From Chthonomonadaceae bacterium (GTDB taxonomy: Bacteria > Armatimonadota > Chthonomonadetes > Chthonomonadales > Chthonomonadaceae): a stretch of DNA of 64,000 bases. The position numbers and the translations under genes are program-made. A model generated the notes under the pieces. It was not told the origin of the DNA and searched no databases. It worked only from the letters and a program-made list of their open reading frames with translations. The stretch spans positions 1 through 64,000 of the forward strand of contig DASRGZ010000198.1 in assembly GCA_035650735.1 (NCBI GenBank), in the 5' to 3' direction. Below, one piece after another: positions 39,626 to 50,200 of the stretch (the stretch's first letter is position 1; each line of letters begins with the position of its first letter).

Positions 39626-40024
39626 TCATCCCTCCTTTTCACCGGCAGCCTCTCCCTGGCCTCGGCGGTCATAAGCCTCCTGAGCGGCAAGCACTTCCGG
39701 ATGGTGGTCCTCCGCCCACTTCTGCAACACCGCCAATGGCCCACAGAGAGTTCTGCCCAACGGCGTCAGGCGGTACTCGACGCGGGGCGGCACCTCCGCA
39801 AATACCATGCGCTGAACGAGGCCACTACGCTCCAGGCGTCGCAGCGTCTGCGTGAGCCTCTTCTGAGATACCCCCTCGATCTCGCGCCGGAGCGAAGTAA
39901 ACCGTTTCGGTCCCCCTGTCAGCAGCCCCATAACCATCAATGTCCATTTGTCAGCAATGAGGTCCAACAGGCATCGGGTAGGACTGCCCTCGGCGTAAAC
40001 GCACTGTGTTCTTTTAGTTTCCAT
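39626..40024 (-). CDS. HxlR family winged-helix regulator
   Basis: C...LDLIADKW, GVSQK.LTQTLR.LE, EVPPRVEYRLT. Confidence 0.92.
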   Translation of the reverse strand: METKRTQCVYAEGSPTRCLLDLIADKWTLMVMGLLTGGPKRFTSLRREIEGVSQKRLTQTLRRLERSGLVQRMVFAEVPPRVEYRLTPLGRTLCGPLAVLQKWAEDHHPEVLAAQEAYDRRGQGEAAGEKEG

Positions 40025-40208
40025 AAAGTTACTATACCCCAGTTTGGGTTACTATTATCCATAATTTATCTTGCAGTGGAAAAGTTAGTAGCCTGCAAGG
40101 ATTCGGGTAACATCCTATATGCGCAGGACGTATTACACGGTTAACACGTTCATTGCCTTTAAGTTCATAGCCTTGATTCTAGGCCCGGCTGCCTGAAGGG
40201 ATAACGCC

Positions 40209-41174
40209 ATGAGCAACCCTGACATTCTCGGCATTCACCATGTTACGGCTATTGCCTCCGATCCACAGAAGAACGTTGACTTCTATGCGGGGGTGCTTGG
40301 CCTACGGTTGGTAAAGCGAACCGTCAACTTCGATGATCCCGGCACCTACCACTTCTACTATGGAGATGAGGTCGGCACACCGGGGACTATCTTGACCTTC
40401 TTTCCCTGGCCGGGCGCGCCGCGCGGCCTCCACGGAACGGGACAGCTTACCGTCACGTCGTTTTCTATCCCTGCGGCCTCGATGGGCTGGTGGAGGGACA
40501 GGCTGAAGGCCCGTGGGGTGCAAACGGAGGGGCCATATTCGCGGTTTGATGAGGAGGTTTTGGACTTCATGGACCACGACGGGTTGAAGCTGGAGCTTGT
40601 CGCGCACCCAGGAGCCGACCTCCGCCCCGGCTGGGAGGGCGGCAGCGTGCCAGGGGATCACGCCATTCGCGGATTCTACGGCGTTACCCTCTCCGAGGAG
40701 GGATACCAGCGCACAGCCGGGCTGCTGAGCCGGGACATGGGCTTTAAAGAGGGTCCCTCATTCGGCAACCGGTTCCGCTACACGGTGGGGGAAGGGGACG
40801 CCATGGCACGCGTGGACCTCCTGTGCCAGCCCGACGACCGGCCAGGCACGGTGGCCGTCGGCACGGTCCATCACGTGGCTTGGCGCGCAGCCGATGACGG
40901 CGCGCAGCTTTCCTGGCGCACAAGGCTCGTGGACCTGGGCTACAACGTGACTCCCGTCCTGGACCGACAGTACTTCCACTCCATCTACTACCGTGAGCCT
41001 GGCGGGGTGCTTTTCGAGATCGCGACCGATCCGCCCGGCTTTACGACGGATGAGTCCATCGCAGAGCTTGGGACGCACCTGCAGCTTCCCCCCTGGCTGG
41101 AACCGCGCCGCCGCGTCATCGAGCAGATACTGGAGCCTATCCGACAGCCAGATAGCGAGGTGCCCACTCGATGA
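40209..41174 (+). CDS. Ring-cleaving dioxygenase (VOC/glyoxalase, MhqO-like)
   Basis: GIHHVT, VKRTVNFDDP, VHHVAW, DRQYFHSIYYREPGGVLFEIATD. Confidence 0.92.
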   Translation: MSNPDILGIHHVTAIASDPQKNVDFYAGVLGLRLVKRTVNFDDPGTYHFYYGDEVGTPGTILTFFPWPGAPRGLHGTGQLTVTSFSIPAASMGWWRDRLKARGVQTEGPYSRFDEEVLDFMDHDGLKLELVAHPGADLRPGWEGGSVPGDHAIRGFYGVTLSEEGYQRTAGLLSRDMGFKEGPSFGNRFRYTVGEGDAMARVDLLCQPDDRPGTVAVGTVHHVAWRAADDGAQLSWRTRLVDLGYNVTPVLDRQYFHSIYYREPGGVLFEIATDPPGFTTDESIAELGTHLQLPPWLEPRRRVIEQILEPIRQPDSEVPTR

Positions 41175-41818
41175 TTCCCGACCTGCTCGGATTTCGTTAC
41201 CGATTCCTTCCGGTGGCAGGCGACCCACGCCAGGCTCCGACGCTGCTCCTCCTCCATGGTACGGGCGGAAACGAAGACGATCTTCTCGGGCTTGGGCGCG
41301 AATTGCTGCCAGGCGCCAACCTGCTCAGCCCGCGCGGCAAGGTGTTGGAGAACGGCATGCCCCGCTTCTTCCGGCGTCTGGCCGAGGGGGTATTTGACGA
41401 GGAGGACCTCCGCCTGCGCACCCACGAGTTGGCCGACTTCGTTGCCGCTGCCGCAGACAGCCTGGGACTGGACGCGGCCCGCGTGATCGCGGTCGGGTTC
41501 TCCAACGGCGCAAACATCGCCGCCGCCCTCCTGCTGCTTCGGCCGGAGGCGCTGTCCGGGGCCGTGCTCCTTCGCGCCATGGTTCCGCTAGAGCCGGAGA
41601 GGCTGCCGGACCTCACAGGCCGGCGCGTCCTGATGTGCGAGGGCCGCCATGACCCCATCGTGCCGCGCGACAATGCGGAGCGGCTCGCCGAGATGCTGCG
41701 CCAGGCGGGAGCGGAGGTAACGCTCGCCTGGCAGGAGGGTGGCCACGCGCTTTTACAGCAAGACATACGTGCTGCCAGGGCATGGCTGGGCCCATCGGTG
41801 CGGAACGACCCCGCTTGA
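41171..41818 (+). CDS. Alpha/beta hydrolase (MhqD-like carboxylesterase)
   Basis: LLHGTGG, RFFRR, GFSNG, DPIVP, GH. Confidence 0.9.
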   Translation: MIPDLLGFRYRFLPVAGDPRQAPTLLLLHGTGGNEDDLLGLGRELLPGANLLSPRGKVLENGMPRFFRRLAEGVFDEEDLRLRTHELADFVAAAADSLGLDAARVIAVGFSNGANIAAALLLLRPEALSGAVLLRAMVPLEPERLPDLTGRRVLMCEGRHDPIVPRDNAERLAEMLRQAGAEVTLAWQEGGHALLQQDIRAARAWLGPSVRNDPA

Positions 41819-41845
41819 GAAGGAGACCGGCAAGAGGAGGCGCAA

Positions 41846-42787
41846 ATGAACAGGACAGTCGAGGGGAACAGAGAGCGTGAGGATACGTGGCCGAGTCTTC
41901 CGCTGGCCGCATGGCAGGACACGTATAGCACGCTCCATATGTGGACCCAGATCGTGGGCAAAGTGCGCATGCGCCAGTGCCCTTTTCTAAACCACTGGTG
42001 GCACGTGACCCTGTACGTCACCAGCCGGGGCCTCACCACGGGGCCGATGCCCTATGGACCGCTTACCTTCCAGATCGATTTCGACTTCCTATCCCATAAG
42101 CTGGTGATCAGCACAAGCCAGGGATGGCGGCATACCATAGCACTCGCTCCCCGCACGGTGGCGGCGTTTTACAAGGAAGTTATGGCCGCCCTCCGCAGCC
42201 TGGATATTGACGTGACAATATGGACCATGCCACAGGAGGTGCCCGACCCGATTCCTTTCGAGCAGGACGATCAGCACGCCTCCTATGACCCGGAGTACGC
42301 GCAGCGCTGCTGGCGCATCCTCGTGCAGGTGGACCGGGTGTGCCAGCAGTTTCGGAGCCGCTTCCTCGGAAAGTGCAGTCCCGTGCATTTCTTCTGGGGC
42401 AGCTTCGACATGGCGGTGACGCGCTTCTCCGGCAGGCGCGCTCCCGAACATCCCGGCGGCGGTCTGCTTCCAACCTGGATCACCCGCGAAGCCTATTCGC
42501 ACGAGGTATCAAGCTGTGGATGGTGGCCCGGCAGCGGCCCGATCCCCTACCCGGCGTTCTATGCGTATGCCTATCCTGAGCCGACGGGCTTCCGGGAGGC
42601 CAATATCCGGCCAGCCACGGCGTTCTATGCGTCCGACTTAGGCGAGTACATCCTGCCCTACGACGACGTCCGGCAAGCTGACGACCCGGACGCCGTACTG
42701 CTGGACTTCCTACAGACAACCTACGAGGCATCCGCCAACCTGGCCCATTGGGATCGGGCCGCCCTGGAGCGAGCCCCGGCTCCGTAG
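41846..42787 (+). CDS. DUF5996-type conserved protein
   Basis: TLHMWTQIVGK, NHWWHV, FFWGSFD, EAYSHEVSS.GWWPG, FYAYAYP. Confidence 0.8.
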   Translation: MNRTVEGNREREDTWPSLPLAAWQDTYSTLHMWTQIVGKVRMRQCPFLNHWWHVTLYVTSRGLTTGPMPYGPLTFQIDFDFLSHKLVISTSQGWRHTIALAPRTVAAFYKEVMAALRSLDIDVTIWTMPQEVPDPIPFEQDDQHASYDPEYAQRCWRILVQVDRVCQQFRSRFLGKCSPVHFFWGSFDMAVTRFSGRRAPEHPGGGLLPTWITREAYSHEVSSCGWWPGSGPIPYPAFYAYAYPEPTGFREANIRPATAFYASDLGEYILPYDDVRQADDPDAVLLDFLQTTYEASANLAHWDRAALERAPAP

Positions 42788-42875
42788 TAGGTTTGACGGT
42801 CGCTGCTCTCCTGGGAGCATAGCGGGCGGCTCCTTAAACTTCACAAGGGCATTCCTGTTTTGTCGGAGTCACTCT

Positions 42876-43387
42876 ATGGATGACTTATATTCTGAATTGG
42901 ATCAACGGCTCGTGAAGGCAATACAGAGAAAGTGCGTTTGCTGCTTGATCAAGGTGCCGATCCTAATGGCGACCTACGCTTCAGCCGGGAACCATTACCG
43001 CCTGCCATATGGTCAGGGAACATGGAAACCGTCCGTCTTCTTTTAGAGCGCGGTGCCAATGCAAACGCGCAAACTCAATACCACTGTCCGCTCACCTGGG
43101 CAGTCGGTGATGGCTCCATAGAGACGGTTCGTTTGCTCATCGAATGGGGGGCAGACGTTAACCCAGAAATTGTTGACTACAAACCATTAATGCAGGCAGC
43201 AAGACGGGGGAACAATGCGAGGGTTCGCTTCTTGATCGAACGAGGGGCCGACGTCAACGCCCAATCAAAAGACGGCATGACTGCCTTGAAATACGCGATT
43301 CTGAAAGGTCACCATGATACAGCCGAATTGCTTCAATTGCTTCAGCGCTTTGGAGCAAAGGAGGCTCTCGACCGTGGAGGAACATGA
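42876..43387 (+). pseudogene. Ankyrin-repeat gene, probably frameshifted near 42899-42905
   Basis: GGAG + ATG 42876 is out of frame with the ankyrin frame, which reads TAREGNTEKVRLLLDQGADPN from 42905 and is closed by TGA at 42893. Confidence 0.6.
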
Positions 43388-43470
43388 TAACAGACCGCAG
43401 GCAGGCAGGAAAGCTGTCCTATCTGGGCGAATACTCCAGATAAGTGAACGCCAGTAGTTCGGATTTTTTT

Positions 43471-46400
43471 ATGAATCGACCCAGTACCATTGAACTCTTC
43501 GGCGGCCTGTGTGTCAAACAGGGCGATCAAACGATCGCGCGCTTCCGCACGCAGAAGACCGCCGTATTGCTTGCCTATCTGGCCTGCTTTCTCCGAAGGA
43601 CCCATCCCCGCGAAGAGCTCGTCGAGCTCCTATGGCCCGATACGGATATCGAATCCGGGCGCACCAGCCTGCGTACGGCTCTGGCGTCGCTGCGCCGTCA
43701 GTTGGAGCCGCCCGGCACGCCGGAGAATAGCGTGTTGGTGGCGGATAGGGCCAACGTTCGCCTTAACCCCGATGTCGTCTCCACCGATGTCGCTGCATTC
43801 GAGACGGCCCTGCGCGCGGCAAAGCATACGGAAGACCCTGCCGAGCGCACAGCGCACCTGACCCGCGCGGTCGAGCGGTATCGCGGCCCCCTGCTGCCCG
43901 GCTTCTACGAGGATTGGGCGCTGCGCGAGCGCGAACGGCTGGAGCAGCTATTTATCGGGGCCTCGCGTGACCTGGCGTTGGCGCTGGAGCAGAGCGGTGA
44001 CTTTAGCCGTGCGATAGACTATGCGCATCGGGCCGTCACCGCAGACCCGCTGTCCGAAGAGGCCCATGCCTATCTGATTCACCTTTACGCCGCCGCCGGT
44101 CAGCCCGCCGCAGCCCAGCGCCAGTACGCCGAGCTAAAGCGCATTTTGCATAAGGAACTGGGGGAAGTCCCTTCGCCCGCCACGCAGGCCCTGGTGGAGC
44201 GGCTCTTGCAGGAGCCGAGAGCGAGTACTCTCCGGAGCACGCCGACAGCCTCCCAGAGCCAGCCTCTAAGCCCCTCCATGCCCACAGCGCCGCGCGCTCT
44301 ATCGCTCGCTCCTCTGGAAGGGATCGGCTCGCCCCAGCCGCGCCTGCCGCTGCAATTGACCCGGTTCTTCGGGCGGAAAGAGGAGATCGCGCGCCTGGAG
44401 CAGATATTCGGTTCCGGCGAGACTCGCTTGTTGACCCTCACCGGGCCGGGCGGTTCCGGCAAGACACGCCTCGCCCTAGAGGCCGCCCGGCGGCTGACGG
44501 AAACTTTCGAGGGGCGCGTCTATTTCGCGCCTCTGGCCGACATCACCGACCCGCGCCTGATCGCCGGAACGCTCCTGGAGGCGCTGGGAGTGCAGCCCGC
44601 CGCCGAGGTCGAGCCGCTGGCGCAGGTAGCGGGGGCGCTGGCAGGACGGCCCGCGCTGCTGATCCTGGACAACTTTGAGCAGGTGGCGGAGGAAGGCGCG
44701 CAGGTCGTATGGACGTTGCTGGAGCGTGTCCCCACCCTGGCCTGCCTGGTGACTTCCCGGCATCGGCTCGATATCGGCGGTGAGCGCGAGTTCCCCGTGC
44801 CGCCGCTGCCCGTACCCTCCATGCCGGGCGCGCCGGAACGCCTGGCGACCTATCCCAGCGTGCGCCTCTTTGTAGACCGGGCGCAAGCGGCACGGCCCGA
44901 TTTTCAGATCACCCGCGACAATGCGGCGACGGTCGCCGCGTTATGCGAGCGCCTTGAGGGCATCCCGCTTGCCATCGAGTTGGCCGCCGCCTGGGTCGGC
45001 ACGCTGACGGTCGCCCAGATATTGGCGCGCCTGGAGCACCGCTTCGACCTGCTGACGAGCCGCCGCAAAGACCTGTCTCCCCGTCACCGCACGTTACGCG
45101 CCGCCATCGAATGGAGCTACCGCCTGCTGCCTGCGGAGTTGCAGCGCTTCTTCGCGCGCCTGTCCGTCTTTCAGGGCGGCTGGACGCTGGAGGCCGCTGA
45201 AGCCGTCTGTGAAGAGCCGCAAGCGCTGGAATTCCTCCAGCAGTTGCGCGAACGCTCGCTGGCGCTCTCGGAGGAGACGGCGTACGGGATGCGCTTCCGC
45301 CTGCTGGAATCGATCCGAGACTACGCACAGGAACAGTTGACGGAGGAGGAAAAGGAGGCTCTCAAGGCGCGGCACCTGGACTTCTTCCTCCAATTTGCCG
45401 CGGAGGCGCGCTGGCGCCTGCATGGGCCGGAGCAGGAGATGTGGCTGGAGCGGATCGAGCAGTACCACGACAATATCCGCGCGGCGCTGCAATGGAGCCG
45501 GGAGACGCCGGGGCGGGCCGCAGAGGGTCTGCGCCTGGCAAGCTATCTGCACTTCTTCTGGTACGTGCGGGGCCATCTTGCCGAGGGCTATCGCTGGATT
45601 ACCGACCTGCTGGCCCACTGGCGCGCTTCCGGCACGGCGCAGGAGTGGATAGACCCATCAGAGGCGGCGCTGTTGCAGGCAGAAGCCCTGCAAGGCGCGG
45701 GCGAGCTGGCCTTCGCGCAGGGCGACCTCGGCGCGGCCCGCGCGTGCTTCGAGCAGACTCTAGCCCACTGGCGTGCTCCAGACGAGCGAAAAGGGATCGC
45801 CTACGCGCTCTGCTATCTGGGCATCGTGATTGAGGCGCAAGGAGAGGCAAAGCAGGCGCAGCCCCTCTTTGATGAGAGCCTGGCGATCTGGCGGGAGATG
45901 GATGATAAAGGCGGCATTGCCCACACGCTCAAATGTCTTGGCGCGAACGCCCGCGTCCAGGGCAACCCGCAGCGGGCGCAGAGTCTGTTCGAGGAGGGAC
46001 TGGGGCTCTACCGCGAATTGGGAAACCGACGCGGCATCAATATGATGCTGGGCGAGATGGCCCATCTGCTGATATGGCAGGGCGAGTACCGGCGGGCGGA
46101 AACGCTGCTCCAGGAATGCCTGCTCCTCTCGGAAGAGCTAAAGGATATGGGGCATACCACGATCACGCTCTGGAACCTGGGGGACGTGGCCCGCTGTCAG
46201 GGGGACTATGTGGCGGCGCGGGCCTTCTATGAGCAGAGCCTGGCGATTGTGCGGGAACTGGGAGACAGGCGCGGGGTCGCCACGACGCTCAACTGCCTGG
46301 GCCTCATCGCGATGGAGCAGGGCGACTATACCGCCGCCTATGCCCTGTATGAGGAAGGATTGACGCTCGTGCGGGAGCTAGGCGAGAAAGAGAGTCTCGC

Positions 46401-47130
46401 CTCCCTGCTCAACAACAAGGGCCGGGCCTTCCAGAACCAGGGCGACTATGCCGCCGCGCACGCGCTGTACGAGGAGAGCCTGGAGATCTATCGGGAACTG
46501 GGCAATATGTGGGGCATTGCGACGATGCTGCGCACCCTGGGCAATCTGACGACCGACCAGGGCGACTATGCGGCGGCGCGGGCGTTTTATCAGCAGAGCT
46601 TAGCGATTGCGCGGGAGTTAGGCGACAAGCACGGCATCTCGATGGCGCTCTACGATCTGGGGGATATCGCCTGGCAGCAGGGCGATGCGCAGAAGGCGCG
46701 CACTTTATGGGAACAGAGCTGCGCCCTGGATCAAGAGCTAGGCATCAAAGGAGGCAGCGTGCTGGGCGCGCTCGGCACGCTCGCCACCCAACGCGGCGAT
46801 TACGAGGAGGCCCGCCGCCTCTGGGGCCAGAGCCTGGCCGAGCACCAGGAGATCGGGGACCGCAAGGGCGTGGCCGAAAGTCTGGAGGGCCTGGCCGCGC
46901 TGGCAGCGGCGCAGACGCAGCCGGAGCGGGCGGCACGGTTGTACGGTGCGGCGGAAGCCATTCGAGACGCCCTCGGCTCGCCGGTCCCGTCTAACGAGCG
47001 TGCGGAATACGAGCGCAGCCTCGCCGCGCTGCGTTCCGCCCTGGGAGAGAAATCCTTTGCCGCTGCCTGGGCGCAAGGCCGCAAGCTGCCGCTGGAACAG
47101 GCCGTCTCGCATGCGCTGGCTTCCGGCTAA
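43471..47130 (+). CDS. AfsR/SARP-type regulator: wHTH + BTAD + STAND ATPase + TPR
   Basis: LLAYLA, RE.L.ELLWPD, YRGPLLPG, DPLSEEAH; GPGGSGKT, LILDNFE, LEGIPLAI; multiple 40-aa TPRs. Confidence 0.92.
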   Translation: MNRPSTIELFGGLCVKQGDQTIARFRTQKTAVLLAYLACFLRRTHPREELVELLWPDTDIESGRTSLRTALASLRRQLEPPGTPENSVLVADRANVRLNPDVVSTDVAAFETALRAAKHTEDPAERTAHLTRAVERYRGPLLPGFYEDWALRERERLEQLFIGASRDLALALEQSGDFSRAIDYAHRAVTADPLSEEAHAYLIHLYAAAGQPAAAQRQYAELKRILHKELGEVPSPATQALVERLLQEPRASTLRSTPTASQSQPLSPSMPTAPRALSLAPLEGIGSPQPRLPLQLTRFFGRKEEIARLEQIFGSGETRLLTLTGPGGSGKTRLALEAARRLTETFEGRVYFAPLADITDPRLIAGTLLEALGVQPAAEVEPLAQVAGALAGRPALLILDNFEQVAEEGAQVVWTLLERVPTLACLVTSRHRLDIGGEREFPVPPLPVPSMPGAPERLATYPSVRLFVDRAQAARPDFQITRDNAATVAALCERLEGIPLAIELAAAWVGTLTVAQILARLEHRFDLLTSRRKDLSPRHRTLRAAIEWSYRLLPAELQRFFARLSVFQGGWTLEAAEAVCEEPQALEFLQQLRERSLALSEETAYGMRFRLLESIRDYAQEQLTEEEKEALKARHLDFFLQFAAEARWRLHGPEQEMWLERIEQYHDNIRAALQWSRETPGRAAEGLRLASYLHFFWYVRGHLAEGYRWITDLLAHWRASGTAQEWIDPSEAALLQAEALQGAGELAFAQGDLGAARACFEQTLAHWRAPDERKGIAYALCYLGIVIEAQGEAKQAQPLFDESLAIWREMDDKGGIAHTLKCLGANARVQGNPQRAQSLFEEGLGLYRELGNRRGINMMLGEMAHLLIWQGEYRRAETLLQECLLLSEELKDMGHTTITLWNLGDVARCQGDYVAARAFYEQSLAIVRELGDRRGVATTLNCLGLIAMEQGDYTAAYALYEEGLTLVRELGEKESLASLLNNKGRAFQNQGDYAAAHALYEESLEIYRELGNMWGIATMLRTLGNLTTDQGDYAAARAFYQQSLAIARELGDKHGISMALYDLGDIAWQQGDAQKARTLWEQSCALDQELGIKGGSVLGALGTLATQRGDYEEARRLWGQSLAEHQEIGDRKGVAESLEGLAALAAAQTQPERAARLYGAAEAIRDALGSPVPSNERAEYERSLAALRSALGEKSFAAAWAQGRKLPLEQAVSHALASG

Positions 47131-47207
47131 TAAGCCCGCGATTGAACAAAGCAGAAGTAAGCATTTATCCGGAGCCGGGCACAGAACGTGCCCGGCGGCT
47201 CCCGCGT

Positions 47208-50200
47208 CTATGGCACGTTCACCTCTATCTTCGACGTAGCTGTGCTGCCCGCCGCGTTAAACGCCTTGACCTCCAGGGTGTGCTTGCCCTTCGCCAGCGG
47301 CCCGGTGGAGAGGGTGAACGCCTCCTGCGGTGTGTCGAAGAGGCCGTCCTTGGGCACCGCCGCGATCCAGTCGCCGCCATCCACCCGGTACTGCACTGCC
47401 GTCACCTCGATGAGCGGCTGCGAGACGCTGCCCTCCAGCTTCACGCCTCCATCTGGCCCGACAACCGGTGAGAGCATCGTCAGTTGGGGCGGCGCGTTGC
47501 AGATGATGAACGGCTCCGAGATGGCCTGCGCCGTCTGCGCGTCTACTGGGTTGCTGAGCCGATCCGAGGCGACGACCTTCAGCCAGTAGGTTCCGTCCGG
47601 CAGCGTTTTAGTGTCCCAGGTTTTGGAGGTCTCGCGCATCGTCGTTGCCCCAGCGGCCTGGCTGTCCGCGCTCTGCCGGTCGCGGACGCTCTTGAGGGCC
47701 ATCTCCTTGAGGGCCGGCGGGATGCTGGGATCGTTCTCTATCCGCTTCCCCAGATCGGTCTTTCCGGCGGCAGGCGCAGCGGACTTTGCGCCGGTCGACG
47801 TGGCCTGGCTCGTCTCGGCGGCCTTGCCGTCGGTTGGCAGCGGCTTCCAGGTCGCGCCCGCGTCGTTGGAGTAGTAGAGCGCGTAGGTCAGCGTATCCTT
47901 GTCCGGGTCCTCGCCGTTCCAGCGGATCGTCTGCGTCTTGGCCCAGCGCTCGCCGCCCGTCGGGGCCTGGAACGACACCTTCGGCGCCTGGTTGCGCGGC
48001 ATGTAGCCGATAGCGACCTCCCGGACGGCGGGCTGCGCCTGCGGACTGGTCGTCTCCAGCGTCAGCCGGTACTGGATAAAGCGGGCGGGCGGGCTGGTAA
48101 CCGTTCCTTCGGCGGGGTAGCCGCTCACCATCTGCACCGGCGACCAGGCGCTCCAGGTCGAATCGGGCTCGGCCACGTTGCCGGTGCGCGTCTCCACACG
48201 CACGCTCGTTCCGGTCGGCGTCTGCGCGTTCCAGCGCGCCGTGCCCCAGCGGCTGATCAGGCGCGCGTCGTGGATGACCGACTCGTAGGTGCCCGTCTGG
48301 GCGCCCTGCTTGCCCGCGTTGAGCGAGGTCGTATAGATCTCGCCGACGTTGCCGGTGCCGGTATAGACGCTGCCGTCCGGGGCCACCGTTAGCGTCAGGA
48401 AATCTACCTCCTTCGGATTGTCAAGGGACTGGATGGTCGTATCCGAGGCATCTCCACTTGCCGCCGGCAGGATATGATAGATCGTGTTGACGGTGGAGGC
48501 ATAGAGGGTGCCGTCCGGCGCGAGTTTAAGCCCCGTGTAGAAAGCGGTGGCGCGGTCGTAAAGGACCGCCGCCGTGCCGTCCGGGGCGATGCGGTAGAGC
48601 AGCCCTTTGGGGCCGGTGCCCGCATAGACGTTGCCGGCACCGTCCACTGCCAGCGCGGTAATCGAATTTTCCTTGGCGTCGTAGAGGACGCTGCTCTTGC
48701 CGTCCGGCGTCACCTTATACAGGGTGCCCTCGTTGCCGGTGCCGACGTAGAGGTTATCGCCGGAATCCACCGCCAGCGCCATGACGTGATCGGCGTTGGT
48801 CTTCAGGAAGGGGGTGGCCGTCGCGCTGTTGTCCCCGGCGGCGATTTTGTAGACCGTGCCGCCGCCGCCCGGCCCGATATACAGGTTGCCCTTGCTGTCC
48901 TCGGCCAGCGCGAGGATGTATTTCTCCGGCAAGGAGCGCACCAGCTTGTAGGTGCCGTCCGGCGCGACTTTAAAGAGGCTGCCCTTGACGCCGCTGCCGG
49001 CCCAGAGCATGCCGTCCCGTCCCAGCAGCAGGCTCTGCACGGCCACGACGGGTAAGGACGCGAAGGGGATGATCTGGCCCTCTTTATCTACCTTCAGGAT
49101 CTTGCCGGAGGTGCCGGTGCCGGCGTAGAGATTGCCCTTGTCGTCGGCAGCCAGCGACCAGATGTAGGTCTCCGCCGTGGAGGCCAGGCGGCGCAGCGTG
49201 GGGGCCAGCCGCAGCTCCCCGTTGGCGGAGACGCTGGTTGCATAGAAGCTGCCCTGCCCGAAGTCCGTGCGCGCCGACTGCCGCCAGGTCTGGAGCTGCC
49301 TTCCGACCGGCTTATCGCTGCCGGTGTCTTCGGACTTGGCGGTAGAGGTGGAGGCCGTCTCGGTGGAGGCTGCGGGCGCGGCGTCTGTTGCCGGCTTGCC
49401 CTTCTCCGGCCTGCGCTTTTTGTTCTCCTTCTTCGTCTTGGGTTGGGAGGGCGCTTTGCTCTTGCTATCTCCGGCGTCCGGTTTGGTCTCTTCCGCCGCC
49501 ATCCAGCGGTCTGCCGATGTGCCCCCGCCCTCCACGCGCGCCCCGGGCAGGCTATCCACGTCCTGCGTGCCCTCTTCATTCAGGTTGCCGGAGGGCGGAT
49601 TGCCGGGCGTCGTCGGCGTCCCGCTGCCGGGAGGGTTGGGCATAGTCGGCCCGCCAAAGCTGGCATTGCCGCCGGACTGCTCCTGCGTGCTCTTGCGCAC
49701 GACCGTGACAACGAGCTGCTGTGTGCCGGTGAGCACGTAGTCCGAGGGCTGGGTCGTGCGTATCTCATCCCGCTCCAGGCGCACGCCGGAATTGCGCTCC
49801 GAGCGCATCAGCGCGGAGAGATTAGGCGGCAGTTGCGAGAGCTTCTCCCCCTCCAGGGCGGGCGCGACGCTGTTGAGGATCAGGCGAGCCACCATGTCCG
49901 TGTTGGTCTCGCGCTCGTTGAGGCGAGCCACCATCTGCCGCACGTTGACCGGCGGCGTTTGCTGGTCGGTGCTGCCTCCGGAGAGAATAAACGGGCCGAG
50001 GCGCACGATGCTGGGCGCGCCGCCGCGCACGATCAGTTGATAGCGGCCCGAGGGCAGGTCGCTTGGCAGCTTGAGGGAAACCGTGCGCAGGATCGGGTCG
50101 CGGCGATAGGGCTTGAGCACAACGCCCACCTCCAGGTTATCGCCGGGCTCATAGTGGCCCTGTTTGAGGAAGATGCGCTCGACTGTGGCCGTGTTGTGGC

